Shown: piece by piece, positions 11,484 through 21,916 of the stretch
Position numbering within the stretch: the stretch's first letter is position 1
Layout of the letters: each line of letters begins with the position of its first letter
Source of the DNA: Octopus bimaculoides
Lineage: Eukaryota
DNA: 32,709 nucleotides
Assembly (NCBI RefSeq): GCF_001194135.2
Contig: NC_069006.1
Location: forward strand, 6,246,264 to 6,278,972
Direction: 5' to 3'
The notes under the pieces: generated by a model
What the model saw: the letters and a program-made list of their open reading frames with translations, nothing else
What the model was told of the DNA's origin: nothing
Databases searched by the model: none
Program-made: the position numbers and the translations under genes

Positions 11484-12440
11484 TATAGTGGGTGTGGTGA
11501 ATAAACTGTCATCTAAATTACGAAAAAAATGAAAATAACACTGACATCTCATTTTAACAGATATATTTACCAAAGTTACATAAAAATATTTTGAAATACT
11601 AAAGAGTAAATCTATTCAATAAAATCACCATTGGCTTCAGCCACAGCCTCCAGATGGTTTCAGAATCTCCTGCAACCCTTCTGGACAGTCTCCTTATTTA
11701 AGTTGGAGAATGCTGCCATAATCCTTGCCTTCAGTTCGTCTTTGGTGTTACAAGGAGTTTTCATGGTCTCTCGCTCAACTGCACCCTACACATAATAATC
11801 AAGGGGGTTGCAGTCTGGGGAGTTAGGTGGCCAGATGTTAGGAGTGACTTGGTTGCAGAAATTGTCTCACAACCATGACTGGGTTCCCCTGCTTGTGTGG
11901 CATGGTACAGAGTCCTGTTGCCAGAGATAGGGTCTTTTAGCAGCCATCCTCTTGACCCATGGCAGTACTACTTCCTCCAGGCACTTGATGTAGGCCTCCG
12001 TGTTGAGTCTGAGATCGTGTGGGAAGATGAATGGAAGCATAACGTCACTATCACTAGTGATCACTCTAAAGACCATGATGTTGACTAGATGTCTGATTTT
12101 TATCACTCTCAGTACATGTCCTCAGATTGCACTGTCCTCAGATTGACACTCAAACACTCTGAAATGTTCATATTAGAACTTCCAGTGGGAATGTCAAGCN
12201 NNNNNNNNNACTCAAACACTCTGAAATGTTCATATTAGAACTTCCAGTGGGAATGTCAAGCAGTACAGCATGTCGTTTCCAAATTTCTGGCAAAATGAAT
12301 TGTGTCATGGTGCTGTTTTTCCCAGACAGTGCCATCTGACCCTACTATACTGTGTAGTTGACAAAATAAAAAACAAACAATGTGCATGCACAAAATTGAA
12401 AATATAAAATGGCAACAATTTACCTATCGCACCCTGTGTA
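11484..12440 (-). mobile_element. Internally deleted DD37D (maT-family) Tc1/mariner transposon
   Basis: Minus strand: N-terminus MTQFILPEIWKRHAVLL...ISECLSVNLRTVQ, then a jump to NIMVFRVITSDSDVM...WQQDSVPCHTSRGTQSWL*DNFCNQVTPNIWPPNSPDCNPLDYYV*G...NGDFIE* (stop 11612-11614). There are 37 positions between the second and third catalytic Asp. Degenerate TIRs of about 28 bp (ta..a..gggtg.g.t...taaa.tgt) at both ends. Three premature stops. Confidence 0.9.
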
Positions 12441-14044
12441 TGTGTGTGTGTGTGTGTATGCTTCACCAGTGTTGGTTTGTTTAAGTACCAGGCTATAAAA
12501 ACTAAGTACCAAGGGAGGGGGTCAATTCATTCAACTAAACTACCTACCTACCTACCTATCTATCTACCTATCCATCCATCCATCCATCCACCTATCCATA
12601 CATACATACATCAATGCAGACACACATATACTTAAAGCTCAAAGCAGAGTCAGGTGCTGGACATGATTGAGAAATTGCTGTTTCAATGATTGGTTCTTAA
12701 ATAATTTTGATGACTGCGACCAATAATATTAAAGTTCGCCTACAGAACTGACCTTACAGCAACAGGGAGGAGGGAGGGGGGGAGAAGAAAGAAAGAAAGA
12801 AAGAAAGAATCGGAATGGGGAAAAAAAGAAGCAAAAGCAGATGCGAATCTGTTGTGTAGTCTTTCCGTCTCCATTTCATTAAGAAATAAACTCAAAACAA
12901 GACACTTGTCTCTGATTGCTAAGTGAATTGAAGTTATTCTTTCATGACGCATATCACCTTTCCACATAGAATTGACAATAATCACAAAAGTAATTCCATT
13001 TCTTCAATATAATTGGTCTGTAATTATTGAGTTTGTTGCACTGCCAATTCAGAGATGATATTGGTCTCTTTTCTCTTGGTTTTCTTTTTATTGTTTGTAT
13101 TGTTGTTGTTGTTGTTGTTGGTTTTCTCAGAGATGATCATTTTCCTTTTTTCTTTCTTTTTTCCTCCCCTCATTACACTGTATTGATTTAAAGAGACATT
13201 TTTCAATTAATTGCATACCAATTAATTACAACTTAATTTTAATGGCATCTGTTTTCATATCATTAACAGATGATAATTAATGCAAAATGAGCTGGGAAGA
13301 TATTAAAAACTTAACACAAGTCACTAATAAAGTTGCCAGCCACTATGACCATTCACTAATTGTAAACAACACACACAAGACAAAATAAAAAAAAAATATG
13401 GCAAGAATAAGTAAACAAATAAAGAAATGAATTCAAGTGAGATGAGACTATTTGTGGGACGCAGTAGCTAAGTGGTTAAGGTAGGAAGATCTTTTAATTA
13501 AAGGATTCTGTTCATCTGTCAGAATGGCGATGACCATCTTGTCCTCCTGGGGGAAGAAGAACAACTGAAGAGTTGTGCAACGACGTTGTTTAAAGTGAAG
13601 AAGTGCTGTGCGTTGTCAGCTTCCCTCTCTTGCCTGTAATCATCTTGAATCCAGTGCCAAGACCAGGTGAGGATGATTAGAGATGGAGGCAGATGCAGTA
13701 GCTGACCATGACATGTCATTTGCCTCATCTAGCTCTCTGCACTCCCCAATGTGTTGTTGCAACTCCCTTCCTCTCCATTGATCCAGGAAGCTTTCTTCTG
13801 TGGTGCCTGCCACATCCGGTCTTCACGTGCAGAGGTAAGCAAGCTTGAACTTACCAAGAGCTACATACCCGTTGTCTACCCTCATCTTCCACTCAAACTT
13901 GTTTACTGGTATGTGACTGTTATTGCATGCAAACAGCTATCTGGAGCCACAGATGAGAGTTGGGTGCCAGGTGGAGATCAAAGCAGATGAACTACCCTTA
14001 AAGGTTTGACATGTTCCCCTGTCAAAGGTTATACCTCACCCTGA

Positions 14045-14098
14045 CACTTGATCTTAATCTGTTAATCATTGGTGTGATTAAAAGATTAAGATCAAGTG
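14045..14098. repeat. Near-perfect 54-nt inverted repeat (hairpin)
   Basis: cacttgatcttaatct (14045-14060) pairs perfectly with 14083-14098; one mismatch; ttaatca/tgattaa inner stem; 6-nt loop. Confidence 0.9.
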
Positions 14099-14375
14099 AT
14101 TAAAGTATTGAAAACTTTTTTGATTGAGGGACCAAGACCATGTAAACAAGTTACATATGTAAACCTTAAACATATTTCCCTACACCAGGGACTCACTTTT
14201 GATTTATGTCCCATTTATCCATGGTCAACATGTGTCCCATAGCTTACATATGATAAAAATATATCCTTGCATTATCCCTGTTGTCCCACCATTTCCGTCA
14301 TTGGCAAATGCTCATTTAAGCAAGCATGGCTGTGCTGTTACAATGTTAACATCTTAATCATAGAGTCATGCCTGC

Positions 14376-14573
14376 ACCATCATCATCATTATCATCATCA
14401 TCCCCTTCATTTAATGTCTGTTTTCCATGCTGGCATGGACTGGACAGTTTGACGGGAGCTGAGAAGCCAAGCGGTTACACCAGGCTCCAATTGTCTGTTT
14501 TGGCATGGTTTCTAAGGCTGGATGCCCTTCTTAATGCCAAACACTTTATGGAGTATACTGGGTGCTTTTTACC
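14376..14573 (-). mobile_element. RTE-type 3' UTR repeat copy
   Basis: (cat)n followed by tttaatgtctgttttccatgctggcatggac...gctggatgcccttcttaatgccaa; aligns with 2642-2800. Confidence 0.8.
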
Positions 14574-14820
14574 TATATATGTCACAAACTTCCATACAAG
14601 AACATGGACTAAAATCTTAAGAAAATACAGAATTACAATAATTTTAACATCATGATTAGTGAAAGTGAAACCGGTCAACAACCACAATACTCTTGCATTT
14701 AAAATATATTAAAACTGTGTGCATTTTCTTTCTTTTGCTATATATATATATTTTCTGTATTACAACTCACCACGTGTAGATAATCGAAATTTTCTTCCTC
14801 CCTTTTTTAACTATATATAC

Positions 14821-14892
<72 letters not shown>

Positions 14893-14896
<4 letters not shown>

Positions 14897-15262
14897 TCAT
14901 CATCATTTAACGTCCATTGTCCATGCTGGTATGGGTTGGACGGTTGGACTGGGGTAGCATGCTGGAAAGCTGTGCTAGGATCCAGTCTGATTTGGCATGG
15001 TTTTCTATGGTTGGATACCCTTCCTAACACCAACCACTCTGAGAGTGTGATGGGTATTTTTATGTGCCACTGGCACAAGTGCCAATTTGTGTGACACTGG
15101 CATCTGCCATAACTGTGATCTAGCTTGGCTTGACAAGTCTTCTTTTCAAGCACGACATAATGCCAAAGGCCTCGGTCATTGCTTCTGTGAGGCCCGACAC
15201 ACGAAAGGAACTCAGCCACCTTGCCTCCATGAGACCCAATGCTTGAAAGGAACTCAGCTGCT
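14893..15262 (-). mobile_element. RTE-type LINE 3' end (ORF terminus plus 3' UTR) with (GAT)n tail
   Basis: Minus frame NDRGLWHYVVLEKK resembles an RTE C-terminus. The UTR core ccatgctgg.atgggttggacgg...gctggatgcccttcctaa is shared with five other copies in the window. Confidence 0.7.
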
Positions 15263-15264
15263 TT

Positions 15265-15421
15265 GCATCTGTGTTTCTCTGCTTGTTTCTTTCTGTGTTC
15301 CTTTCTGTGGAAGAGCGTAGGCTCGAAACATTAAAGACTTTTTCACTTCCTGAGCGTTATACTAATACAGCTGTTTGTTTTCTACACCACCTGTCTTCGT
15401 CTTTTTTTTTTTGTGAATTCT

Positions 15422-15425
<4 letters not shown>
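15265..15425 (+). mobile_element. Short Penelope-like-element-related repeat carrying a degenerate hammerhead-like motif; similar layout at about 28872-29052
   Basis: cttt-ctgtgga-a-gagc-gtag-gctc-gaaac-att-aaag in a pyrimidine-rich body ending in (TA)n. The 28.9-kb region has cttt-ctgatga-a-gagc-cac-gctc-aaaac-gtc. Confidence 0.45.
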
Positions 15426-15457
<32 letters not shown>

Positions 15458-16379
15458 TTTATCTTTCTCTTTTGTTTCAGTCAGTGGACTGCAGCCATGC
15501 CAGGTCACCACCTTTAAGGGTCTAGTAAAACAAATTGTGTCATATCTCATTTAAAAAAAAAAATTATATTATTTCAGAATTTCAAAGGTTTACATGTAAG
15601 AGTAGAACTGTTACCAACTTGCAAACATTCTGCTGAATACCTATTCCTCAAATAGCAAGGCTTGATATGAATAATACTAGAAACACTGAAAGATTGGTGA
15701 AAACTATTGGATCTCAATGCCATATTTATTAGTTTTCTTATCTCTATTTGTAGAAAATTATTTCCTTTGAAATGTTTTAACCCTTTTGTTTTTCTTTATA
15801 ATTGTACGTTTTTTCCTTCAGCTACTTTGTATAGTTTCAGTACAATTTCATATCTACATTCAAATACTTTCAATAAACATGTTTTGTTTACATAGACTTG
15901 CAGGCATTTCCACATCCTTTTACAATCCTTTTCTGTATTCACATATTTACATATTTTCCACCCATGCCACCCACTGCCTCCTCAATCTCTCCTCCCTATT
16001 GTCAAAGAGCTGCTGTTGTTTTTGTTTTGTTAACAAACCATTGAGGTCTAATCAATGACCGTTTTTACCTTCATCCACATTAATATAATGTATAGCTCTG
16101 CTGCCGATATTGAGTGGCATCTTTACTCTTACTCATACACTTTTATGGGGTGAGGGTGGGGTGATTCGGGCTGCCATCACTTGGAGTTTCCTAGACACAG
16201 AATCATGTTTAATTGATCAAATGTCTCTCATGAGTCATTTGATTAATCAGATACGTCTTTCCTTTCCAACGAGTCTCCAAATGAGCACCAGCTGAGTCTG
16301 AGTCATCAACTGCTCAACTACAAATATAAATGTCACACAAAGCACTGAGTATTGGTTGTTTGACTTCTACACACACAAA

Positions 16380-16698
16380 ACTGGCACTCCAGTGGCTATA
16401 ATGACGAGGGTTCCAGTTGATCCAATCAACGGAACAGCCTAATCAATGAAATTAACATGCAAGTGGTTGAGCACTCCACAGATATACATACCTTTAACAT
16501 AGTTCTCAGGGAGATTCAGCATGACAGAGAATATGACAAGACTAGCCCCTTTGACCTACAGGTACAACTCATTTTTGCCAGCTGAGTGGACTGGAGCAAC
16601 ATGAGGTAAAGTGCCTTGCTCAAGGACACAACAAGCCACCAGGAATCAAACTCACAACCTTATGATCATGAGCCAAACACCCCTAACCACTAAGCCAC
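16380..16698 (-). mobile_element. tRNA-headed SINE, family 3
   Basis: Minus strand gtggcttagtggttagg (A box), gagtttgattcc (B box), tgtccttgagcaaggcacttta (CORE-like), then a distinct 3' body. Single copy in the window. Confidence 0.75.
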
Positions 16699-17823
16699 CC
16701 ATCTTCCACACACACAAACACACACACACACACAGGTCACACACATACAAAAGCACCTTTTTGAATTTCTATTAAAACTCTCTCTGGTTTTCAATAACAA
16801 TATTTCTCTCAAGTTGGAAAAGAACCAACGAAACTTTTTGAAACGACACACAGACACAGCGATGTTATGATAGTCAGCCAAGCATAACATATGACAAATA
16901 GCATGAAAAGCAATCAACTATCACCTCCCACCACCACCACCACCACCACCTCTTGCAACCCTCCCCTTTCTCCTCCACGAGCCAAATCTCTGCTGCCTTC
17001 TGAATGTTCGTTAATATTTCATTCTGATGGCTAGTTACACAACACTGACATCACAATTAACTCTCAAACATTAGGAAAATCAAGAAAGACATTTCCAGTC
17101 GTGTGATGTGCGAGTCAGAAGATTTCAAAATAAATTGGGGATAATGCCAAGCGTAGCCGGCCGGCATAATTATTATTATCAATGTGATTTATATAATGTG
17201 AAATATTCAGTCAAAATGTCAGATGAACCAATGACTTTTGAACAATGCAACTGACTTTTTGTGGCCATCAACAAAATTAATGTCTTAGAAAACTAAAAAC
17301 TGTTACAGTTGCACAAAACCACTGGGAGTAAGGCTGTTGTTGTTTAACCCCTTCTGTTAACACTGACAGGGCTGACCTACGATCAAAAGTATCTCAGCTG
17401 TGACAATGCTGTCTTTTCCTAGGCATAGTGTACCATGTATCACATTACCTAATGTGCCCTTCTTTTATAAGACAGGAAACTATGATTTGATGGCAATTTG
17501 GCTATTATTATTAGCAGTTCAGTTGGGTGTATAGAGGGCCCCTTGTTCATTCAAAGGAGCAAAATTTAATTCAAGTTTGTCTGAAATCTCACAACTTTTG
17601 TAACTCAAGTCAGTGAAGGATCCTTGCTACAGTTATTTAACCTGATAGAAATAGCAGCAAAGTCTACTTCTAATTACACCACACAAGTTTAAAGAAAAGA
17701 GACTGAAAACACATGCGGTGGTCATGGCTGGAATATTTTCGAGCTAAAGACGACTTGATTAGCAATATCCTGGAACTTGTTCAACTATGGACATAACATC
17801 CCTTCACAAGCATTTAGACTCAC

Positions 17824-17878
17824 CGTCAACACCTCTAAATAATATCACATTATTTTTAAAATCCCCTTTCCACATATT
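17824..17878 (-). CDS. Internal coding exon candidate (55 nt, phase 0 to 1): NMWKGDFKNNVILFRGVD
   Basis: Minus strand ctaatgcctttttctgttttggttgtcttAG|AATATG...GTTGACG|GTGAGT: branch-point-like CTAAT, pyrimidine tract and strong donor. Only one frame is open. Confidence 0.5.
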
Positions 17879-17980
17879 CTAAGACAACCAAAACAGAAAA
17901 AGGCATTAGTATGGGCACAGCCAGACTGTTTAAATTCTGAGCTGAGGGCCAAATATCTTCAGTGAATCTTTCAAAATCAA

Positions 17981-18116
17981 AACTTTCAATCATACACCAA
18001 ATCACCAAGCCCTACTTGTCTGTTTTACCTAAAACCCACCACCAGAACTTTGAATCATACACTAAACCCTACTTGTCTGTTCCTAGTGAATCCACCACCA
18101 AGAACCTTTAATCATA
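17981..18116. repeat. Minisatellite, 57-65-bp unit, about 2.2 copies
   Basis: aacttt.aatcatacac...ccctacttgtctgtt...ccaccacca starts at 17981, 18046 and partially at 18103. Confidence 0.85.
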
Positions 18117-18124
18117 AATATGAA

Positions 18125-18780
18125 GTTCTTCTTTAGATGCCATGTCCAGAATGTAGGACATATGCTATCATGTCCAACTACAATTCTCTGTTCTTCGTTT
18201 TTCTCTAGCAACTCCACTTCCTGATGTGTTTAATGTTTCTTCCTTCCAACCAATTCCTCAAGTTTGACATCCATATCATCCTTCTCCTTCCTCTGCTTCT
18301 TTTCCCTTCAATTTTTCTGGTTATTGCTAAATTCTCCAGGCCTTCATTCCTCATCACATGACAAAGGGATCTCAGTTGCTTGGCCCTTATCTCACAAAGC
18401 AGTTCCCTATTTACCACAGTGTGGATCATCACTTCTTCATTAGACACTTTGTCCATGCTATCCTCAGTATTCCCCTTAAGAACCACATTTCAAAGCTCTC
18501 CAAGCACCTTCTCATTTCTGATGTTATAGTCCATGCCCCACTTCCATACATTAACACAGGGTAGACATAGCCATCCAATATAGATATTTTGGTCTCGATG
18601 CTCAGAGTATGATTTCTAAAGATGTTATATGATTTGGGGAATGCAGATTTTGCCAGCACTATTCATCTTTTGATCTTCACACATTTTGCATCTTCTGTGA
18701 TCAAAGTTCCATGGCAGTTGAAGGATGATTTGATTGTTTACTTTCAGCATGCACTTTGGCAGAGGTTTGTAATATCCCTT
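18125..18780 (-). mobile_element. 5'-truncated, frameshifted RTE-clade (BovB-like) LINE 3' end
   Basis: Minus frames give GTLITEDAKC..IK.*IVLAKSAF, TKISILDGYVYPVLMYGSGAWT, FEMWFLRGILRIAW, HVMRNEGLENLAITRKIEGKRSRGRR and MIAYVLHSGHGI*, followed by a short gaagaa tail. These are RTE ORF C-terminal motifs. Confidence 0.9.
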
Positions 18781-18923
18781 GCACTAAAAACCTTTTGGTG
18801 GTTTTGGAACCACCTCTCTCCCACAGACCTGCTCCAGCAGGATTAGGCTGAATCCCTCGATAATAACAAGAACCCAAACTCTTAAGACAAGAACAAATGT
18901 TTTCTAGCATCAGGTCTATGTAC

Positions 18924-18967
18924 CTGTTGGAACAGTAGGGAGCTTAACTGCTTCATTTTGTCAACAT
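18924..18967 (-). CDS. Weak exon candidate (44 nt, phase 1 to 0): VDKMKQLSSLLFQQ
   Basis: Minus strand tccctttctccacctccAG|ATGTTG...CAACAG|GTACAT. One open frame, and the end phase is compatible with the 17824-17878 exon. Confidence 0.3.
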
Positions 18968-19344
18968 CTGGAGGTGGAGAAAGGGATCAACTAGACACAT
19001 TCAGGATGCCATTAGGCCAAGAAAATCCTTACCATTCAAAGCACTCAAAGCATATGTTCTTGGACCTAATCCCCAGTGAAACAATATAAACTCCATGGAA
19101 ATTAGAGGTGGCAAATACATTGACAACTACAATACAAAAACTTGAAACAATGGAATGAATGTCACGCTTGTGAAGAAGAAGACACGGCTTCATAATAGGC
19201 TTCATAACATATAATCCACTGTTTAATCTCTGAGATTAGTCTTGCCTGAAATGGCTCTCGTAATTAAAGCCAGAATATATCCTAACCCAACATACACAAC
19301 ATGGTAGGCTGAACAAGAAATTATGGTTCAGTGACGACGATTCA

Positions 19345-19535
19345 ACCTTTACTTGGTCACTCAACTTGCAGCCAAATCTCCCTTATACTATATCCTACCA
19401 TCATAAAAGCAAGACACACTCGATAATGTAGTCTGTGGTAAACTAAGCCTGAACAAAAAGACAGAAATACTTTTCATCAATAGGTCTGCACTATCAGAGT
19501 TGACCTGGGGCTGAATAACAAAAACAACAATACAA
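19345..19535 (+). mobile_element. Interspersed repeat family 5 ending in an (AAC)n-like tail; other copies about 1820-1975 (+), 17335-17545 (-), 17615-17765 (+), 6497-6535 (-, fragment)
   Basis: Shared motifs gcagc(c/a)aa(a/g)tct.c.t, aaga(a/c)..acat..gata.tgtagtc and tgacctggggct.aa.aacaa among the copies. Class not determined. Confidence 0.6.
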
Positions 19536-19855
19536 CAATAATAGAATATTTTTTTTTAAGAAGAGTTAAAGGGAAGACCAGCTATGGATGAGAATTTTGG
19601 TGATTTTATGCTTAGGGTTCATATCTGGCCAACAACAACATAATCTTTTAAATCTGAAGGTATGAATAAAATAAAGTGATATAAAGTTATATTTCCTTTT
19701 ACTTTACTTTTACTTGTTTCAGTCATTGGACTGTGGCCATGCTGGGGCACCGGTTTATATATATACATATTCTATGTAGTTTTTGTTTATGGCCAGTCAA
19801 AATGTAACCATTCCTTTCACATCTATGATTGCTCTTAACAATATAGGCAACTCAC

Positions 19856-19915
19856 CAGACCTGTTGGCCAGAGGCACATAACCTCTTTACTGATGGAGGT
19901 AAGAACACTCTTGAT
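19856..19915 (-). CDS. Internal coding exon candidate (60 nt): (R)SRVFLPPSVKRLCASGQQV if phase 2 to 2, or IKSVLTSISKEVMCLWPTGL if phase 0 to 0
   Basis: Minus strand tttttttcataaatttgcAG|ATCAAG...GGTCTG|GTGAGT. The phase-2 reading joins the 21159-21226 exon without a stop. Confidence 0.55.
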
Positions 19916-20933
19916 CTGCAAATTTATGAAAAAAATCTCTAAAACAAAATTCTTTGAAGCAAAATCTCCTTCTAGGTGAGATCTCCCTTTGAATGGTTCC
20001 AGTTGTGTCCAAAAAGGGTCAGTTTATGTGCAATTTCCTTTCATTAGTTAGCAAGTGGAGAAGTCCATGTCTTCAACATGAATTTTCTCTCATATCTATA
20101 AAAGCTACTCTCTGCAATTAATATATTAATTTGAACAATAGTTTCAGCCCATGTTTTGCCCTAGTTTTGTATTGGGATGTAAAAGTTAGAAAACTATAAA
20201 ACTATATTGCCATCATCAAACATATTGGAGTTACTCTACAAATTTATATTCAAAAAATTTGTATCAAACATCTAGTCATGATTAAATTTAAAAAAATACT
20301 ATTAAAACAACAACAAAAAATACCATAAAACTTTCACAGATGAAAAACAATCAGCAAACAAACAAACAATGAATATGTATTTAATTAATTCAGAGATGAG
20401 ATTTCTAAGTTATTATTTATTTTACATAGGATCTTTAAGACTGACGAAGAAGGAACGTGGAAACCATATTACATGGGATGTTCTCTGATCGCAGGCCTCC
20501 TGGTCTAAGTTTATAATAAAGTGGACCCTGTTAAGGAAGGCCCAAGGTCAAAATCAAACCTACAACCTGACTATTTACCAACTTATGATTCTGTCTATAT
20601 CGTGCTTTGATCAGTGCAGTTTGGGCTGTGTTTTTTGCCTCTAAGTGTTGTATTTGTACAAATAGATATGTATGAATATTTATTTATTACTTGTACAAAT
20701 ATTTATTATAATTAGTTGGGGAATAACATTCAAACCATTATTTCTGCATCAGTTCTTATCAATATTTGTTTCCATTTCATCACAGACTTATTAAATGTGA
20801 GCCCCAAAAGTTCAAACCCCAACAGAAACAAACAGCAAATTCCATTGAAGACATCATAAACTAGCACCAACTCCTTCAAGTAATTGGAGATATATACACA
20901 CATGTGCATATAATGCATATCAACTATAATTGT

Positions 20934-20981
<48 letters not shown>

Positions 20982-21015
20982 ATATACATACATATATGTA
21001 CATATACATATATGT

Positions 21016-21058
<43 letters not shown>

Positions 21059-21158
21059 CACACACATATGTATATATATATGTGTGTGTGTATATATATA
21101 TTATGCATACGTGTGTGTGCATGTATGATGAATAATAATAATAATAACTGTTGCTTAC

Positions 21159-21226
21159 CTGACTCGTAGCTCTCTTAGTTGCCATTCTTTGTGTTTATCA
21201 AAAGCAATCAAAATGGAAGCAATTTC
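21159..21226 (-). CDS. Internal coding exon candidate (68 nt, phase 0 to 2) of an unidentified host gene: [22 protein letters not shown](R)
   Basis: Minus strand reads cttttgtttacttgtctctttacAG|GAAATT...GAGTCAG|GTAAGC: long pyrimidine tract and strong donor. Only one frame is open, and the sequence is non-repetitive. Protein family not recognised. Confidence 0.6.
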
Positions 21227-21404
21227 CTGTAAAGAGACAAGTAAACAAAAGTCAGGACTAAGCTCTCTCTCACACACAAACAAACAAACAAACAAACACA
21301 CATATATATGGAACTTCTGACAATATTGTAAAAGATTGGCGGAATCAGCTGAGAACATGTCACGAAATACAAAGCAATTTTTACTCAGCCTGGACATTGG
21401 GAAT

Positions 21405-21625
21405 GTATCTTTTATCCTTTTACTTGTTTCAATCATTAGACTGTGCCCATGCTGGGGCACCACTTTGGATTTTAGTCTAATGAATCAGTCCTAGTACTTA
21501 TTTTTTTTAAGCCTAGTACTTATTTTTTTAAAGCTTAGTACTTATTCTATTGATCTCTTTTGCTGAATCACTAAGTTATGAGGATGTAAACATGTCAACA
21601 CCAGTTGTCAAGCAGTGGTAGGGGA
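21405..21625 (-). mobile_element. Family 2 SINE tail without head; extra internal 22-bp tandem copy at 21491-21550
   Basis: tttacttgtttcaatcattagactgtgcccatgctggggcacc...ctaagttatgaggatgtaaac...ccagttgtcaagcagtgg. Confidence 0.8.
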
Positions 21626-21916
21626 GAAATCCCTCATGAGTGGATGAACTATGCAATTAATTTCGGTGCATCCCATGGTTGAAGAAGCATCTCGTCAAGT
21701 GATGTAATAATGTACCTCATTACATAAACGATGTTTCGTTCATTTGGATTCACTAGAGCATGTTGTTAGTGGCCACAGTTGAAATACATTGAGAAGAAAT
21801 GGCTAGGAACAGGTTTGGTTGTGCAGCTATAGATACAAACAGGAAGTGATTAAGAAAAATAAGGAAAATACAAAGAATAAGGAGAATAAAGTATACAATA
21901 AAATAAATAATTGTGT

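Noticed and set aside
404-11573. Long ORFs (up to 335 aa) in the track around 400-4600 and 10500-11570
   Set aside because: They consist of N gaps (X) and (TA)n/(CA)n translations ([12 protein letters not shown]).
16238-16320. Minus-strand ETRWKG peptide (RTE endonuclease-like) and acceptor at 16320
   Set aside because: Isolated six-residue match with no flanking motifs; no convincing donor in an open frame.
19033-19126. 94-nt minus-strand exon candidate (TGTAG|...GAATG|GTAAGG)
   Set aside because: Two frames are open but the phase-2 frame has a stop. The plus strand (EVANTLTT..KL) faintly resembles a CR1/L2 end. Not supportable alone.
17878-19856. Idea that the TG|A junction stop is recoded to Trp by A-to-I editing
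   Set aside because: Even if read through, that frame stops 11 codons later (ICGKGILKIM*).
20432-20475. ctgacga...gaaac hammerhead-like spacing
   Set aside because: No stem II or stem I pairing.
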